Assembly (NCBI GenBank): GCA_964291415.2
Contig: OZ219920.1
Location: 1,184,001-1,248,000, forward strand
Origin: Alphaproteobacteria bacterium
GTDB lineage: Bacteria; Pseudomonadota; Alphaproteobacteria; SP197
Direction of reading: 5' to 3'
DNA length: 64,000 bases
The position numbers were made by a program, and so were the translations under genes. The notes under the pieces were generated by a model, which saw nothing but the letters and a program-made list of their open reading frames with translations, was not told the DNA's origin and ran no database searches. This document shows, in pieces, positions 21,638-31,418 of this stretch (position 1 is the stretch's first letter; every line of letters begins with the position of its first letter).

Positions 21638-21768
21638 CAGACAATCTCCCTCAGGTGTAACCTGCAACAGACTACCAACTTTGCCGTTGGAGAACCATGG
21701 CGTCATGAACGCGACGCGGCCTGTGGCTCGAACCCTTAAGTTCAGGCGAAACAGGGAAGGGGAAGAAT

Positions 21769-22779
21769 ATGGAAAGATTGAAGATTGCAGTGACAGGCCT
21801 GGGCTGATTTGGCGAGATTCATTGCGAGACCATCGCTGGCGTTCCGGAACTCGAACTCGTCGCCCTGGCCACCAGGCGCCCACGCCGCATGCAGGAGATG
21901 TCGGCCAAGTCCGGTGTCGGGAAGACTGCAACGGACTATCGCGAGATCCTCGCTGATCCCTCCATAGACGCCGTGTCAGTTGTCACCCAGTGGCATCAGC
22001 ATGTGGAACCCGCGTGTGCCGCCCTTGAGGCCGGCAAGCATGTCTTTCTCGAAAAGGCGATGGCCATGGATCCTGGCGAGTGCAAGAGGATCATCGACGC
22101 CGCGCGTTCGGCCCGGGGTATCCTGCAGGTGGGGCATATCTGCCGTTTCAATCCACGCCACCGAATGGCCAAGCAAGCCATCGAGGACGGTCGGATCGGC
22201 AAGATCGTCGCCATGAGTTCAAGAAGGAACATTCCCCTGGCATGGACTCATGACATTATCCGCAAGATCGGGCCTGTCGTTGGTGATGGTGTTCACGACA
22301 CCGACCTCATGCTCCGGCTGGCCGGTGATCGCATCATCTCTGCCTATTGCCAGACGGTCACTGTCAGGGGTCTGGAGAATCCGGATGTCGGCCAGACCAT
22401 GTACAGATTCGAGAGTGGCGCCACAGCCACCATGGAGACCGCCATGTGCATGCCCGAACAGACACCATTCGATATCGACGAGCGCCTGGCGATCATTGGC
22501 AGCGAGGGAATCATTCATGTCCAGGACACGTTCCCCAATCTGGCGATCGTCGATTCCAGCAAACTCGCCAGCCCGGATACGACGTACTGGCCGATGTTCG
22601 ATGGAGTCAGGGGAGGAGCGCTGCGTGACGAATTTGCCTATTTCGCGTGTGCAGCGCTGGATGACGCGGCCCCGGAGATCGGCCGGCCGGAAGACGCCGC
22701 TGCGGCGGTTGCCGCAACCCTGGCGGCGGAACGCTCGTCACGGACAGGCAATGTCGAGCCGGTGAAAGAAGTCGCATAA
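21769..22779 (+). pseudogene. Gfo/Idh/MocA oxidoreductase with in-frame TGA at codon 13
   Basis: ATG 21769 reads MERLKIAVTGLG*FGEIH... with TGA at 21805-21807, in frame with the 21889..22779 ORF (GKHVFLEKAM, VGHICRF, GVHDTD). Confidence 0.75.
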
Positions 22780-22795
22780 GGTATATTATGGAACA

Positions 22796-23581
22796 TTATG
22801 GACGTTGTGCGCCACCAAACAGGCGGAAGAAGTTGTCGGTGGTGATGGCGGCGAGGTCGCCTTCCGACACCTCCTTCAGTTCGGCCAGGCAACGGGCCGT
22901 GTGGACGACGAGCGCCGGCTCGTTGCGCTTGCCACGTTTCGGCACGGGGGCAAGGAACGGGGCATCGGTCTCGACCAGCAGCCGTTCCAGGGGAATGTCC
23001 CTGACAATGTCACGCAGGTCGGAGGCGTTCCGGAAGGTCACGATCCCCGATATCGAGATTGAGAATCCCAGCCGGAGACTGCGTTGGGCGAGATCCCGGC
23101 TGGCACTGAAACAATGAATGAGCCCTGGAAATGAGCCTCCCGTCTCTGTTTCTTCCTCGAGGATTGCCATGGTGTCCTCGTCAGCAGAGCGCGTATGGAC
23201 AATAAGTGGCAGACCAGTGCTGCGCGATGCCCTGACATGTTCCCTGAAGCTCTGCCGCTGGGCCTCGCGGGGGCTGTTGTCGTAATGGTAGTCGAGACCT
23301 GTCTCGCCGATACCGATGACATGCGGACAGTCGGCGAAGGCGGTAATCTCGCACTCGGCCCGGACTCCCTCCTCGGCAACGTGGTGGGGATGAACTCCGG
23401 CTGAACAATAGATGCCGTCGTGGGCCTCGGCGATCGCCCTCACCTCGGAAAAGCGGCTGAGGCGCGTCGAGATCGTCTGCATGACCGCGACGCCGGCATT
23501 CCTGGCCCGGGCGACGACATCATCGAGCTCATCGGCGAAGTCCGGGAAATCGAGGTGGCAATGGCTGTCGACAAGCATCAT
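22796..23581 (-). CDS. tatD: TatD family DNase
   Basis: DSHCHLDF, GVHPH, IGETGLDY, HTRSAD, IHCFS, ETDAPFLAP. Confidence 0.95.
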   Translation of the reverse strand: MMLVDSHCHLDFPDFADELDDVVARARNAGVAVMQTISTRLSRFSEVRAIAEAHDGIYCSAGVHPHHVAEEGVRAECEITAFADCPHVIGIGETGLDYHYDNSPREAQRQSFREHVRASRSTGLPLIVHTRSADEDTMAILEEETETGGSFPGLIHCFSASRDLAQRSLRLGFSISISGIVTFRNASDLRDIVRDIPLERLLVETDAPFLAPVPKRGKRNEPALVVHTARCLAELKEVSEGDLAAITTDNFFRLFGGAQRP

Positions 23582-25119
23582 GACGTGCTCTCGTCAAGAC
23601 GCGGGAACACGCCCTCGGGCTCGGGCAACGGACAGCCGGGCCGCAGGCTGTGGTCCTCACCGATCGAGGCAAAGTCGCGCATGTTGCCGGGAACGGAGAG
23701 CTGGTCGAGGAGCCGTGCCGAGGACTGCGGCATGACAGGCTGAGTCAACAATGCGAGGATGCGGATCAGTTCAGCGGTGCAGTAGAGCACGGTCTCCATG
23801 CGTTGCGGGTCCGCGGCCTTCAGTTTCCACGGCGCTTCGGAATCGATGTAGCGGTTGGCAGCACCGATGACCTCCCAGATGTCCCGTAACATCAGCTGGA
23901 AAGCCTGAACATCGACATGCCGGCGAAGGCGATCGACGAGACCCCTGCCCTGTGCAAGGAGCTCACGGTCCTGGTCCTGATACGTTCCTGGTGACGGCAC
24001 CCTCCCCTTGCAGTTGCGGGCAATCATCTTCAGCACACGCTGTGCCAGGTTGCCGTAGTCGTTGGCGAGATCATGGTTGCACCGGAGCATGGCGCCGCGA
24101 TGCGAGAAGTCGCCGTCGTTGCCGAAGTTTACCTCGCGCATCAGCGTATAGCGCACCTGGTCAAGCCCGTAGCGGGCAACGATTTCGGACGGCACGATGA
24201 CGTTGCCAAGGGACTTGGAGATCTTCCGGCCCTCGCTGGTCCACCAGCCATGAGCGAAGACGCGGCTGGGCACGTCGATGCCCGCAGCCATGAGAAAGGC
24301 AGGCCAGTACACCGCGTGGAATCTCAGGATGTCCTTGCCGACCATGTGCAAGGCGGGCCACCAGGACGTGAACGACTCCCCCGTTTCGTCAGGATATCCG
24401 ACCGCCGTGATGTAGTTTGTCAGGGCATCGATCCAGACATACATGACGTGGCGGGAATCACCCGGAACCGGGATGCCCCAAGTGAAGCCCGTACGTGAAA
24501 TCGACAGATCGTTGAGTCCGCCACTGACGAAGCTCACCACCTCGTTGCGTCTCACCTCGGGCATGATGAAGCCGGGCCGGTCCTCGTAGAGCTTCAAAAG
24601 GCGGTTCTGCCACGCGGACAGACGGAAGAAGTAGCTCGGCTCCTTCACCCACTCCACCGGAGCACCCGAAGGAGCCACCCTGCGGCCCTTGTCATCCACG
24701 CCAAGTTCGTCCTCGGTATAGAACGCCTCATCGCGGATGGCGTACCAGCCTTCATAGGTTCCGAGATAGATCTCGCCAGCCTCCTCGAGGCGCCGCCACA
24801 ATGCCTGGACAGAACGGATGTGGCGCTCCTCCGTCGTCCGGATGAACTGGTCATTGGAAAAGTTCCATTCCCTGGCAAGGGTACGGAAGTTCTCCGAAAC
24901 CTCGTCACAGAATGTCGCCGGATCGGTGCCGGCTTCCCGTGCCGCCCTTTCGACCTTCTGGCCATGCTCGTCGGTTCCTGTCAGGAACAGCACATCATAC
25001 CCGTCGAGACGCTTGAAACGGGCCATCACGTCGCAGGCGAGCGTGGTGTAGGCATGCCCGATGTGCGGGTTGTCGTTGACGTAGTAGATCGGCGTCGTGA
25101 TGTAGAACTTGTCGCGCAT
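23578..25119 (-). CDS. metG: Methionine--tRNA ligase
   Basis: YITTPIYYVND, HIGH, GTDEHGQK, KISKS. Confidence 0.98.
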   Translation of the reverse strand: MRDKFYITTPIYYVNDNPHIGHAYTTLACDVMARFKRLDGYDVLFLTGTDEHGQKVERAAREAGTDPATFCDEVSENFRTLAREWNFSNDQFIRTTEERHIRSVQALWRRLEEAGEIYLGTYEGWYAIRDEAFYTEDELGVDDKGRRVAPSGAPVEWVKEPSYFFRLSAWQNRLLKLYEDRPGFIMPEVRRNEVVSFVSGGLNDLSISRTGFTWGIPVPGDSRHVMYVWIDALTNYITAVGYPDETGESFTSWWPALHMVGKDILRFHAVYWPAFLMAAGIDVPSRVFAHGWWTSEGRKISKSLGNVIVPSEIVARYGLDQVRYTLMREVNFGNDGDFSHRGAMLRCNHDLANDYGNLAQRVLKMIARNCKGRVPSPGTYQDQDRELLAQGRGLVDRLRRHVDVQAFQLMLRDIWEVIGAANRYIDSEAPWKLKAADPQRMETVLYCTAELIRILALLTQPVMPQSSARLLDQLSVPGNMRDFASIGEDHSLRPGCPLPEPEGVFPRLDESTS

Positions 25120-25156
25120 GCCTCATCGCCCCCCTGGCCTGGCGGACGACGGTGTC

Positions 25157-26269
25157 TCAGGTCCTGACAGCCGCCTGCAGGGTACCGAATACCGACAGGA
25201 TGGACTGCCTGCGATCCAGATTGAGTGACTGGACTGTCCGACGCAGGTGCGCGACCTTTTCCCACACGGCTATCCATCGATCAAGGGCGGGGTCACCGGC
25301 GATGCGCGCCATCGCCTCGATCTCCTCCGGCAGGACGGGTGTCGTGTCCTTTCCCGTCGCCGCCTTGCGGATCATCGCTGCGGACCAATTCGTGAGAAAA
25401 TCGAATGCCAGGTGCCAGGATGCCTCGCCGCCGGGCCTGCCAAGACGTTCCGCAAGGCGGTGGAGTGCCGCCGGATCAATGTCCGGAGCCATGGCAATCA
25501 GGCCGATCATCTCGCGATAAAGGGCGAGACCGTCTTTCTCGGCCAGCATCAGCGCACGGCCTGGACTGCCACCTGACAGGCGGGCCAGCGAGTCCCTCTC
25601 GTCGGCCGCCAGATCCGGCAGAAACCGTTCAAGCAACAGCTCCACCTGCTCCTTCAAGAGCGGGGAAAGAGAGAGTTTTCTGCAACGGGACCTGATGGTA
25701 GCCAGCAAAGAGGAGGGTACCGCGGAAACAAGCAGCACGACCGCACGACGAGGGGGCTCCTCGATCACCTTGAGAGCCGCATTGGCCGCACTCGAATTCA
25801 TCAGATCGGCGTCGTCGATGATGGCGACCCGCCAGCCATCGTTGCCGGCCGTCCGGGCGAAGAAGGGCCTGATGCGGCGCACATCGTCGACGACGATTTC
25901 CTGGCGGCGCTTTCCCCGCTCGCCCACGGCAAGCTCGATGCCGAGAACATCGCCGTGTGAACGTGCCGAGATCCAGGCGGCAGCGGGGTCGCTGGCATTG
26001 AAGTCCAGGGTTGCCGGCGGTTCTGCAAACAGGTCCTCGCCTGAGCCGCACTGGAGATGCCGGGCCAGGCGCCAGGCCAATGTTGCCTTGCCGATTCCTG
26101 CCCTGCCCCCGATGATCCAGGCACCGGCGATACGTTCGTTCGCCACCAGACCCGCGAGCCGGCGCTCGGTCTCGTCATGTCCGATGAGTTCCTCGTTCGC
26201 CCAGGGGGCCGGAACCGCGAGCTCCGGAAAGTCCGGATGTTTGCGGATGTCGACCGGATCGTCCTTCAC
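25157..26269 (-). CDS. holB: DNA polymerase III delta' subunit
   Basis: GRAGIGKATLA, IIDDADLMNSSAANAALKVIEEPP, TIRSRC; tmk-holB-metG synteny. Confidence 0.94.
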   Translation of the reverse strand: MKDDPVDIRKHPDFPELAVPAPWANEELIGHDETERRLAGLVANERIAGAWIIGGRAGIGKATLAWRLARHLQCGSGEDLFAEPPATLDFNASDPAAAWISARSHGDVLGIELAVGERGKRRQEIVVDDVRRIRPFFARTAGNDGWRVAIIDDADLMNSSAANAALKVIEEPPRRAVVLLVSAVPSSLLATIRSRCRKLSLSPLLKEQVELLLERFLPDLAADERDSLARLSGGSPGRALMLAEKDGLALYREMIGLIAMAPDIDPAALHRLAERLGRPGGEASWHLAFDFLTNWSAAMIRKAATGKDTTPVLPEEIEAMARIAGDPALDRWIAVWEKVAHLRRTVQSLNLDRRQSILSVFGTLQAAVRT

Positions 26270-26327
26270 GGCAGCTGACGGCAGAGCATGCCCGACGCCC
26301 CTCCCCTGTCAGCCTGGCGGTCGTTCG

Positions 26328-26963
26328 TCATGGAATCGGCCATCTCCGTGACACTTCTGATCCAAGGCGGCCGGCCACCTCATCCTCGCTGCCTGAGGCA
26401 TCCACGACCTTGATGCGGTCGCTCTCCCTGCTGGCGATGGAGAGGAACGCTGCGCGCAAGCGTTCGTGGAAGGCCTCCCCCATGCGCTCGTAGCGGTTGG
26501 TGGTCCCGCGATTTTCGGCTCTGGCAAGGCCCATCCCGACCGGGACGTCCAGCAAGAACGTGAGATCCGGCCGCACCATGCTGCCAATGGCAAGTCGACC
26601 GATGTCGTCAACGAAATCGAGGCCCGCGCCCTGCACCACCCCCTGGTAGGCCCGTGTCGAGTCGGAGAATCGATCGCTGATCACCCAGCGACCCTCTGCA
26701 AGGGCCGGGCAGATTGTCTTGAGGACATGCTCACGCCGGGCTGCCACGTGAAGAAGAACTTCGGTTCCCGGATCCCATCGGTCCGTGGCCCCTGCAACGA
26801 CCAGTTCCCGGATTGCCTCGGCGCCCGGTGCTCCTCCGGGCTCGCGCGTCACCACGACGTCGACGTCATATGTCTCGGCGATCCAGGATGCCAGACGCCG
26901 GGCCTGGGTCGACTTGCCGGCCCCCTCTCCACCTTCAAGGGTGATCAGCCTGCCCCGTCTCAA
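26328..26963 (-). CDS. tmk: Thymidylate kinase
   Basis: ITLEGGEGAGKSTQ, TREPGG, SDRFSDSTRAYQG. Confidence 0.96.
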   Translation of the reverse strand: MRRGRLITLEGGEGAGKSTQARRLASWIAETYDVDVVVTREPGGAPGAEAIRELVVAGATDRWDPGTEVLLHVAARREHVLKTICPALAEGRWVISDRFSDSTRAYQGVVQGAGLDFVDDIGRLAIGSMVRPDLTFLLDVPVGMGLARAENRGTTNRYERMGEAFHERLRAAFLSIASRESDRIKVVDASGSEDEVAGRLGSEVSRRWPIP

Positions 26964-28093
26964 AGCGCGCCCGCATCGCCGAAAATCAGGTATCCGAGCA
27001 CTGTCGCCATTCTCAGCAACAAGGAAGGTTTCCCGACATCACGGCCGGCCAGAAGAGGTTGCTCGACGGTGTTCACACCTGGAGCCTCGATCACCAGTCT
27101 GGCAATCTCCTGACCTTTTTCGATCGGTGCCGGCACCGGGCCTTCGTAGACGATTCGGACAGCCAGAGAATCCCGGGTAGCCCGTGGCAGGGTCACAACC
27201 AGATCGTCCGCCAGGACGAGCGGCACCGTATCGGAATCGCCAAGCCAGACCCTGGCCGTGCCCACTTCACCCCCGGACCCGAGGAGATGGTAGGCGTCAT
27301 ACTCCCTGAATCCCCATTCGATGATCGCCTGGGATTCCCGGGCCCGGGCTGTGGCGCTCTCGAATCCGTTGACGGCGAGGATTAACCGACGGTCTCCCCG
27401 CACTGCGGAAGCTGTGAGGCCGTATCCCGCCGCACGGGTATACCCGGTCTTGAGACCGTCAGCGCCAACTCCGCTGTAAAGCAGAGGATTCCGGTTGGTC
27501 TGATGGATGCCGTTGTAGGTGAACTCCGTCTCGGCATAGTAATGATAATATTGAGGAAAGTCTCGTATCGTTCGACTTGCGAGAAGGGCAAGATCTGTCA
27601 CGGTGGTCACATGCCCCTCTTCGGGCCAACCCGAGGAGTTGAGAAATGTGGTGCCGTTCATGCCGAGTTCCCGGGCGCGTTGCGTCATGAGATCGCCGAA
27701 TTCGCCTTCGGATCCGGACAGCCCCTCGGCGACCACGATCGACGCATCATTGCCGGACTGGACAACGATTCCCCGCAACAGGTCCTCGACCGTCACACTG
27801 TCGCCGACTTCGACGAACATCTTCGATCCACCCTTGCGCCAGGCCTTTTCACTGACCGGCAGGGTATCCTCCAGAGTGAGCGTTCCCGACGCGAGCTTCT
27901 CGAACAGGAGGTACACCGTCATCAGTTTGGTCATGGATGAGGGCTCGGTCGGCGTGTCGGCGTTCTTCTGGTAGAGAATTGTGCCAGTCGTCTCGTCGAC
28001 GAGAATGGCCTCGCGCGCCGAGATCTCGAACGCCGCCAGTGGTGTCGACAGGCCGACTACGGCAACGAGACAAATCAGGATTCGCCAGATCAT
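26960..28093 (-). CDS. dacA: D-alanyl-D-alanine carboxypeptidase (PBP5/6)
   Basis: Signal peptide, SMTK (SxxK), SGN, KTG. Confidence 0.93.
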   Translation of the reverse strand: MIWRILICLVAVVGLSTPLAAFEISAREAILVDETTGTILYQKNADTPTEPSSMTKLMTVYLLFEKLASGTLTLEDTLPVSEKAWRKGGSKMFVEVGDSVTVEDLLRGIVVQSGNDASIVVAEGLSGSEGEFGDLMTQRARELGMNGTTFLNSSGWPEEGHVTTVTDLALLASRTIRDFPQYYHYYAETEFTYNGIHQTNRNPLLYSGVGADGLKTGYTRAAGYGLTASAVRGDRRLILAVNGFESATARARESQAIIEWGFREYDAYHLLGSGGEVGTARVWLGDSDTVPLVLADDLVVTLPRATRDSLAVRIVYEGPVPAPIEKGQEIARLVIEAPGVNTVEQPLLAGRDVGKPSLLLRMATVLGYLIFGDAGAL

Positions 28094-28641
28094 GGATAGC
28101 CTTCCGCTCACCACTGCAACAGGGGCGCGTCCAAGCCGGTGCCGTCAACCGAGACGCAGTGCGAGGATACCGCTTACCCCTGCCGCACGTCGATACCACG
28201 AGCATTACTGGCAACGCGTTGCGGCATTCCTGTGACAGAATACCCCAAGTCGTCTCCTTGCAACCCCGCCAGGGCGCAGTCGTGATGCTCACCAGGAATT
28301 CAGTTGTCCATCGGAACAACCCACACGAACATGCCATGGCGGGCGCAAGCGACCCTGACGAGATCGGGGGCCTCTCACGCCGGATGACCCTGCACGTTCA
28401 TTGACGTGACGGAGTTCGGCATGTGACGAAGCACATGCGCAAGGCCAATGACATGCAGGTTCTTGCTGCCGATGCTGCCCTGGTGTTGGACCTTACGGCC
28501 GGTGCCACATGGTCCGGTTTCAGGAATGGCGCGCATCAGGCGACACTGTGAGAAAGGCCGTACATCAGGATCTTGAACGGAGATGACAGGCTCGTCCATG
28601 CCTGGAATTGAACCCGCTCCGGGCAGCCGCACGCTGGTCGG

Positions 28642-29439
28642 TCACATGGCGGTGACGACGATCGCTTCGTGGTAGCCGAGATTCACCACCTGTTCGAGAA
28701 TTCGGTCGGCCTGGCCGCGAGCGAGGAACGGACCCACGCGGACCCGGTAGAAGACCCGGCCGTCAACCACCGCGCGAACGACATGAATGTCACCGGTGCC
28801 GACAAGCGCATTGCTCACCACGAAAGCGTTCGCCGCGTCTGTGAAGGCGCCTGCCTGGACGAACAGACCGCCACCGGGATCCTCATGGGTCAAATCGACG
28901 GCAGGTGCGGCAGTGCGGTCTGTTCCCGCTGGTTCGCGACCGAGCTCGGCCCAGGTCCTGCCACTCTCCCGGTCGATCACCTGAACCCTGACCCGGGCCG
29001 TTCCTTTCTCTTCGAATCCGAGCAGCTGGGCGCCGCGGCGCGACACATCGATGATACGCCCGGCAATGAAGGGGCCGCGGTCATTGACCCTGAGAACGAG
29101 ACTTCGTCCATTCTCCAGATTCTTGACCCTGACATAGACGGGCATGGGCAATGTCTTGTGAGCCGCCGTCAGTTCATTCATGTCATAGATTTCGCCGTTG
29201 GCGGTCAGCTGTCCGTGGAAGGGCTCTCCATACCAGGATGCTATGCCCTCTTCGTCGTAGAAGGGATCCACCGCGGGGTGGTACCAGACACCCTTGATTT
29301 CGTAGGGTTGCCCGACCTTGTAGTGCCCCCGTGCCTCCTGACCGCCGGACTTCATGACCGTGGCGGCAAAGTCGATCTCGGCGCAGGCCGCCAGGAAGAA
29401 GGCGAGAAGCGCGATGCCAGCCCAGCGCCAGGGCGTCAT
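28642..29439 (-). CDS. rlpA: Septal ring lytic transglycosylase RlpA (lipoprotein, SPOR domain)
   Basis: Lipobox LAAC, YKVGQPY, GIASWYG, TAAHKTLP, RVNDRGPF, C-terminal VQAGAF...YRVRVGP; ATGA overlap with mltB. Confidence 0.93.
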   Translation of the reverse strand: MTPWRWAGIALLAFFLAACAEIDFAATVMKSGGQEARGHYKVGQPYEIKGVWYHPAVDPFYDEEGIASWYGEPFHGQLTANGEIYDMNELTAAHKTLPMPVYVRVKNLENGRSLVLRVNDRGPFIAGRIIDVSRRGAQLLGFEEKGTARVRVQVIDRESGRTWAELGREPAGTDRTAAPAVDLTHEDPGGGLFVQAGAFTDAANAFVVSNALVGTGDIHVVRAVVDGRVFYRVRVGPFLARGQADRILEQVVNLGYHEAIVVTAM

Positions 29440-30413
29440 GGCTGTCGGGACAGTGCATCCGCGATGGCGGTCACGGACATCGCGAAGTAATCGGATCGGT
29501 TCCATTTGAGAATGGCCCGGTAGTTGTCGAACACGAGGAAGGCGGGACCGTCGGCGCCGGAAGGCAAGGCAAGCGATGCTGCGGCATCCAGGGGAACGAC
29601 GGGAGCCTCGCCCTGCCACGTCACGCCCCGCGAGTTCCACGTTTCAAGGGACTCGATGTCGTCACGCGTGAAGTCGAATCCTGCGGGCACGGTGACCGCA
29701 CCACCCCACGGCATGCCTCGCTGCCATCCCGAACGTGCCAGGTAGTTGGCAATCGATGCAAAGACATCCCCCCGGTTCCGCCAGATGTCACGACGCCGAT
29801 CAAGGTCCCAATCCACTGCGAACCGGCTGAAACTCGATGGCATGAACTGGCTCTGGCCCATGGCGCCGGCCCACGATCCCGTCATGTCGGTGCGGACGAC
29901 ATGCCCCTCATCGAGAATCGTCAGGGCATGGATGAGTTCATTGCGGAAAAAGGCGCTGCGCCGGCCATCGAAGGCGAGGGTCGCCACAGCGGCAATGACA
30001 TCAAAACCGCCGGTATAGCTCCCGAACCTCGTTTCAACGGCCCAGATGGCGACGATGTACTCGGCATCAAATCCATAGTGGGCGGCAATCGCCTCCAGAA
30101 GCGGACGGTGTTCGGCGTACTTTTGCGCCGCTCTCGCGATCAGGGACTCCGGCACCCGGCTTTCCATGTATTCGTCGAAGGTCAACATGCCTTCGGGCTG
30201 GTGGCGGTCGAGCTCGATCACCCGCGCGTCAGGCTCCAGTTCGGAGAGTGCCGCATCAAGGGTCTGCTGACTGATGCCGGCGGCGGCTGCCTCCGCGCGC
30301 ACACCGGCAAGAAACTCCTCCCACCCGGAAGCCCGGACTGAAGGCATGGCAGACAGAACGAGGAGGCTGCAGGCGAGCACTGCCACCGGCAATCGAAGCG
30401 AATCAGGCAACAC
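29436..30413 (-). CDS. mltB: Lytic murein transglycosylase (MltB/Slt35 family)
   Basis: IWAVETRFG, GSWAGAMGQSQFMPSS, SIANYL, WNRSDYF; GTG start behind GAGGAG. Confidence 0.9.
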   Translation of the reverse strand: MLPDSLRLPVAVLACSLLVLSAMPSVRASGWEEFLAGVRAEAAAAGISQQTLDAALSELEPDARVIELDRHQPEGMLTFDEYMESRVPESLIARAAQKYAEHRPLLEAIAAHYGFDAEYIVAIWAVETRFGSYTGGFDVIAAVATLAFDGRRSAFFRNELIHALTILDEGHVVRTDMTGSWAGAMGQSQFMPSSFSRFAVDWDLDRRRDIWRNRGDVFASIANYLARSGWQRGMPWGGAVTVPAGFDFTRDDIESLETWNSRGVTWQGEAPVVPLDAAASLALPSGADGPAFLVFDNYRAILKWNRSDYFAMSVTAIADALSRQP

Positions 30414-31350
30414 CGCGCCGCTCCTCTCGTGGAGGACGACCGAACAGCTCGCGATAGCGGTGACTGAAGTGCGAGGCTGACACAAATCCTGCGGAAAGGG
30501 CGATCGACAGGATCGAAGTCGATCCCTGCAGCAGCATCAGGCGGGCATGATGCAATCTCAGCTCCCGGTAGTAGCGTGAAGGGGACCGTCCTAGGTGTCT
30601 GGTGAACAGGCGCTCCAGTTGCCGGGTCGAAAGGCTCACGCCTCTGGCAATGTCGGGAATCGTCAGCGGCTCCTCGAGATTGCGTTCCATGACATCGATG
30701 GCTGCCAGGACCTTCGCATCACTGACTCCGGTGCGTGATTGAAGCGCCATCCGCTGCTGGTCATCGGATTGCCGGATCCTCTCGTGAATGAACTGTTCGG
30801 AAACCCGGCCGGCCAGTTCGACGCCGTGATCGAGCATGATGAGATGAAGCATGAGATCGAGAGAGGCAGTTCCGCCCGAGCATGTGATCCTGTTGCGGTC
30901 GATCTCGAACAGGTCGTCAGTGAGCTCGATGTCCGGATAGAGTTCGGTGAAGCTCTCGTGATCTTCCCAGTGAATGGTGCAGCGATGTCCCCGGATCAGA
31001 CCGGCGCGGGCAAGAATGTGCGTTCCCGTGCACAGACTTCCCATGACGGTGCCCTGACGCGCCAGCTTTCTCAGCCATGCCATGACTGATCTGTCGGCGA
31101 ACTTCTGGGCGTCGATTCCCGAACAGACGAACAATGTCTCGCAGGCAGAAACGTCGCTCATCGCATGATGAGGCACGACCTCCATGCCGTTGCTGGCCTT
31201 GACCGGCCGGCCGTCGCGCGAGATGAACGTCCAGCGGTAATGGGTGGCGCCACTCATGCGATTGGCCGAACGCAACGGCTCGACTGCGGCAGCAAAAGCC
31301 ATCATCGAGAATTCCGGGATCAGGAGAAACGCGAAGGATCTCACAGCCAC
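30403..31350 (-). CDS. GlxA/GbdR-family AraC regulator with DJ-1/PfpI domain
   Basis: FSMMAF..AVEPLRSAN, CTG..ILARAGL, TIHWE, LSTRQLERLF, GFVSASHFS. Confidence 0.9.
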   Translation of the reverse strand: MAVRSFAFLLIPEFSMMAFAAAVEPLRSANRMSGATHYRWTFISRDGRPVKASNGMEVVPHHAMSDVSACETLFVCSGIDAQKFADRSVMAWLRKLARQGTVMGSLCTGTHILARAGLIRGHRCTIHWEDHESFTELYPDIELTDDLFEIDRNRITCSGGTASLDLMLHLIMLDHGVELAGRVSEQFIHERIRQSDDQQRMALQSRTGVSDAKVLAAIDVMERNLEEPLTIPDIARGVSLSTRQLERLFTRHLGRSPSRYYRELRLHHARLMLLQGSTSILSIALSAGFVSASHFSHRYRELFGRPPREERRGVA

Positions 31351-31418
31351 TGTCCCTGATGCCTGCCAAGCATATCAGGGGGTGTGCGCGCCGGGGAGCG
31401 GGTTGTTGATCCGGGCAC

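Noticed and set aside
21805-21807. Alternative genetic code (UGA=Trp)
   Set aside because: TGA ends many genes in the window and Trp is otherwise encoded by TGG.
28600-28620. tRNA T-loop-like GGGTTCAATTCC on the minus strand
   Set aside because: The T-stem does not pair fully, and no acceptor or anticodon arms can be built.
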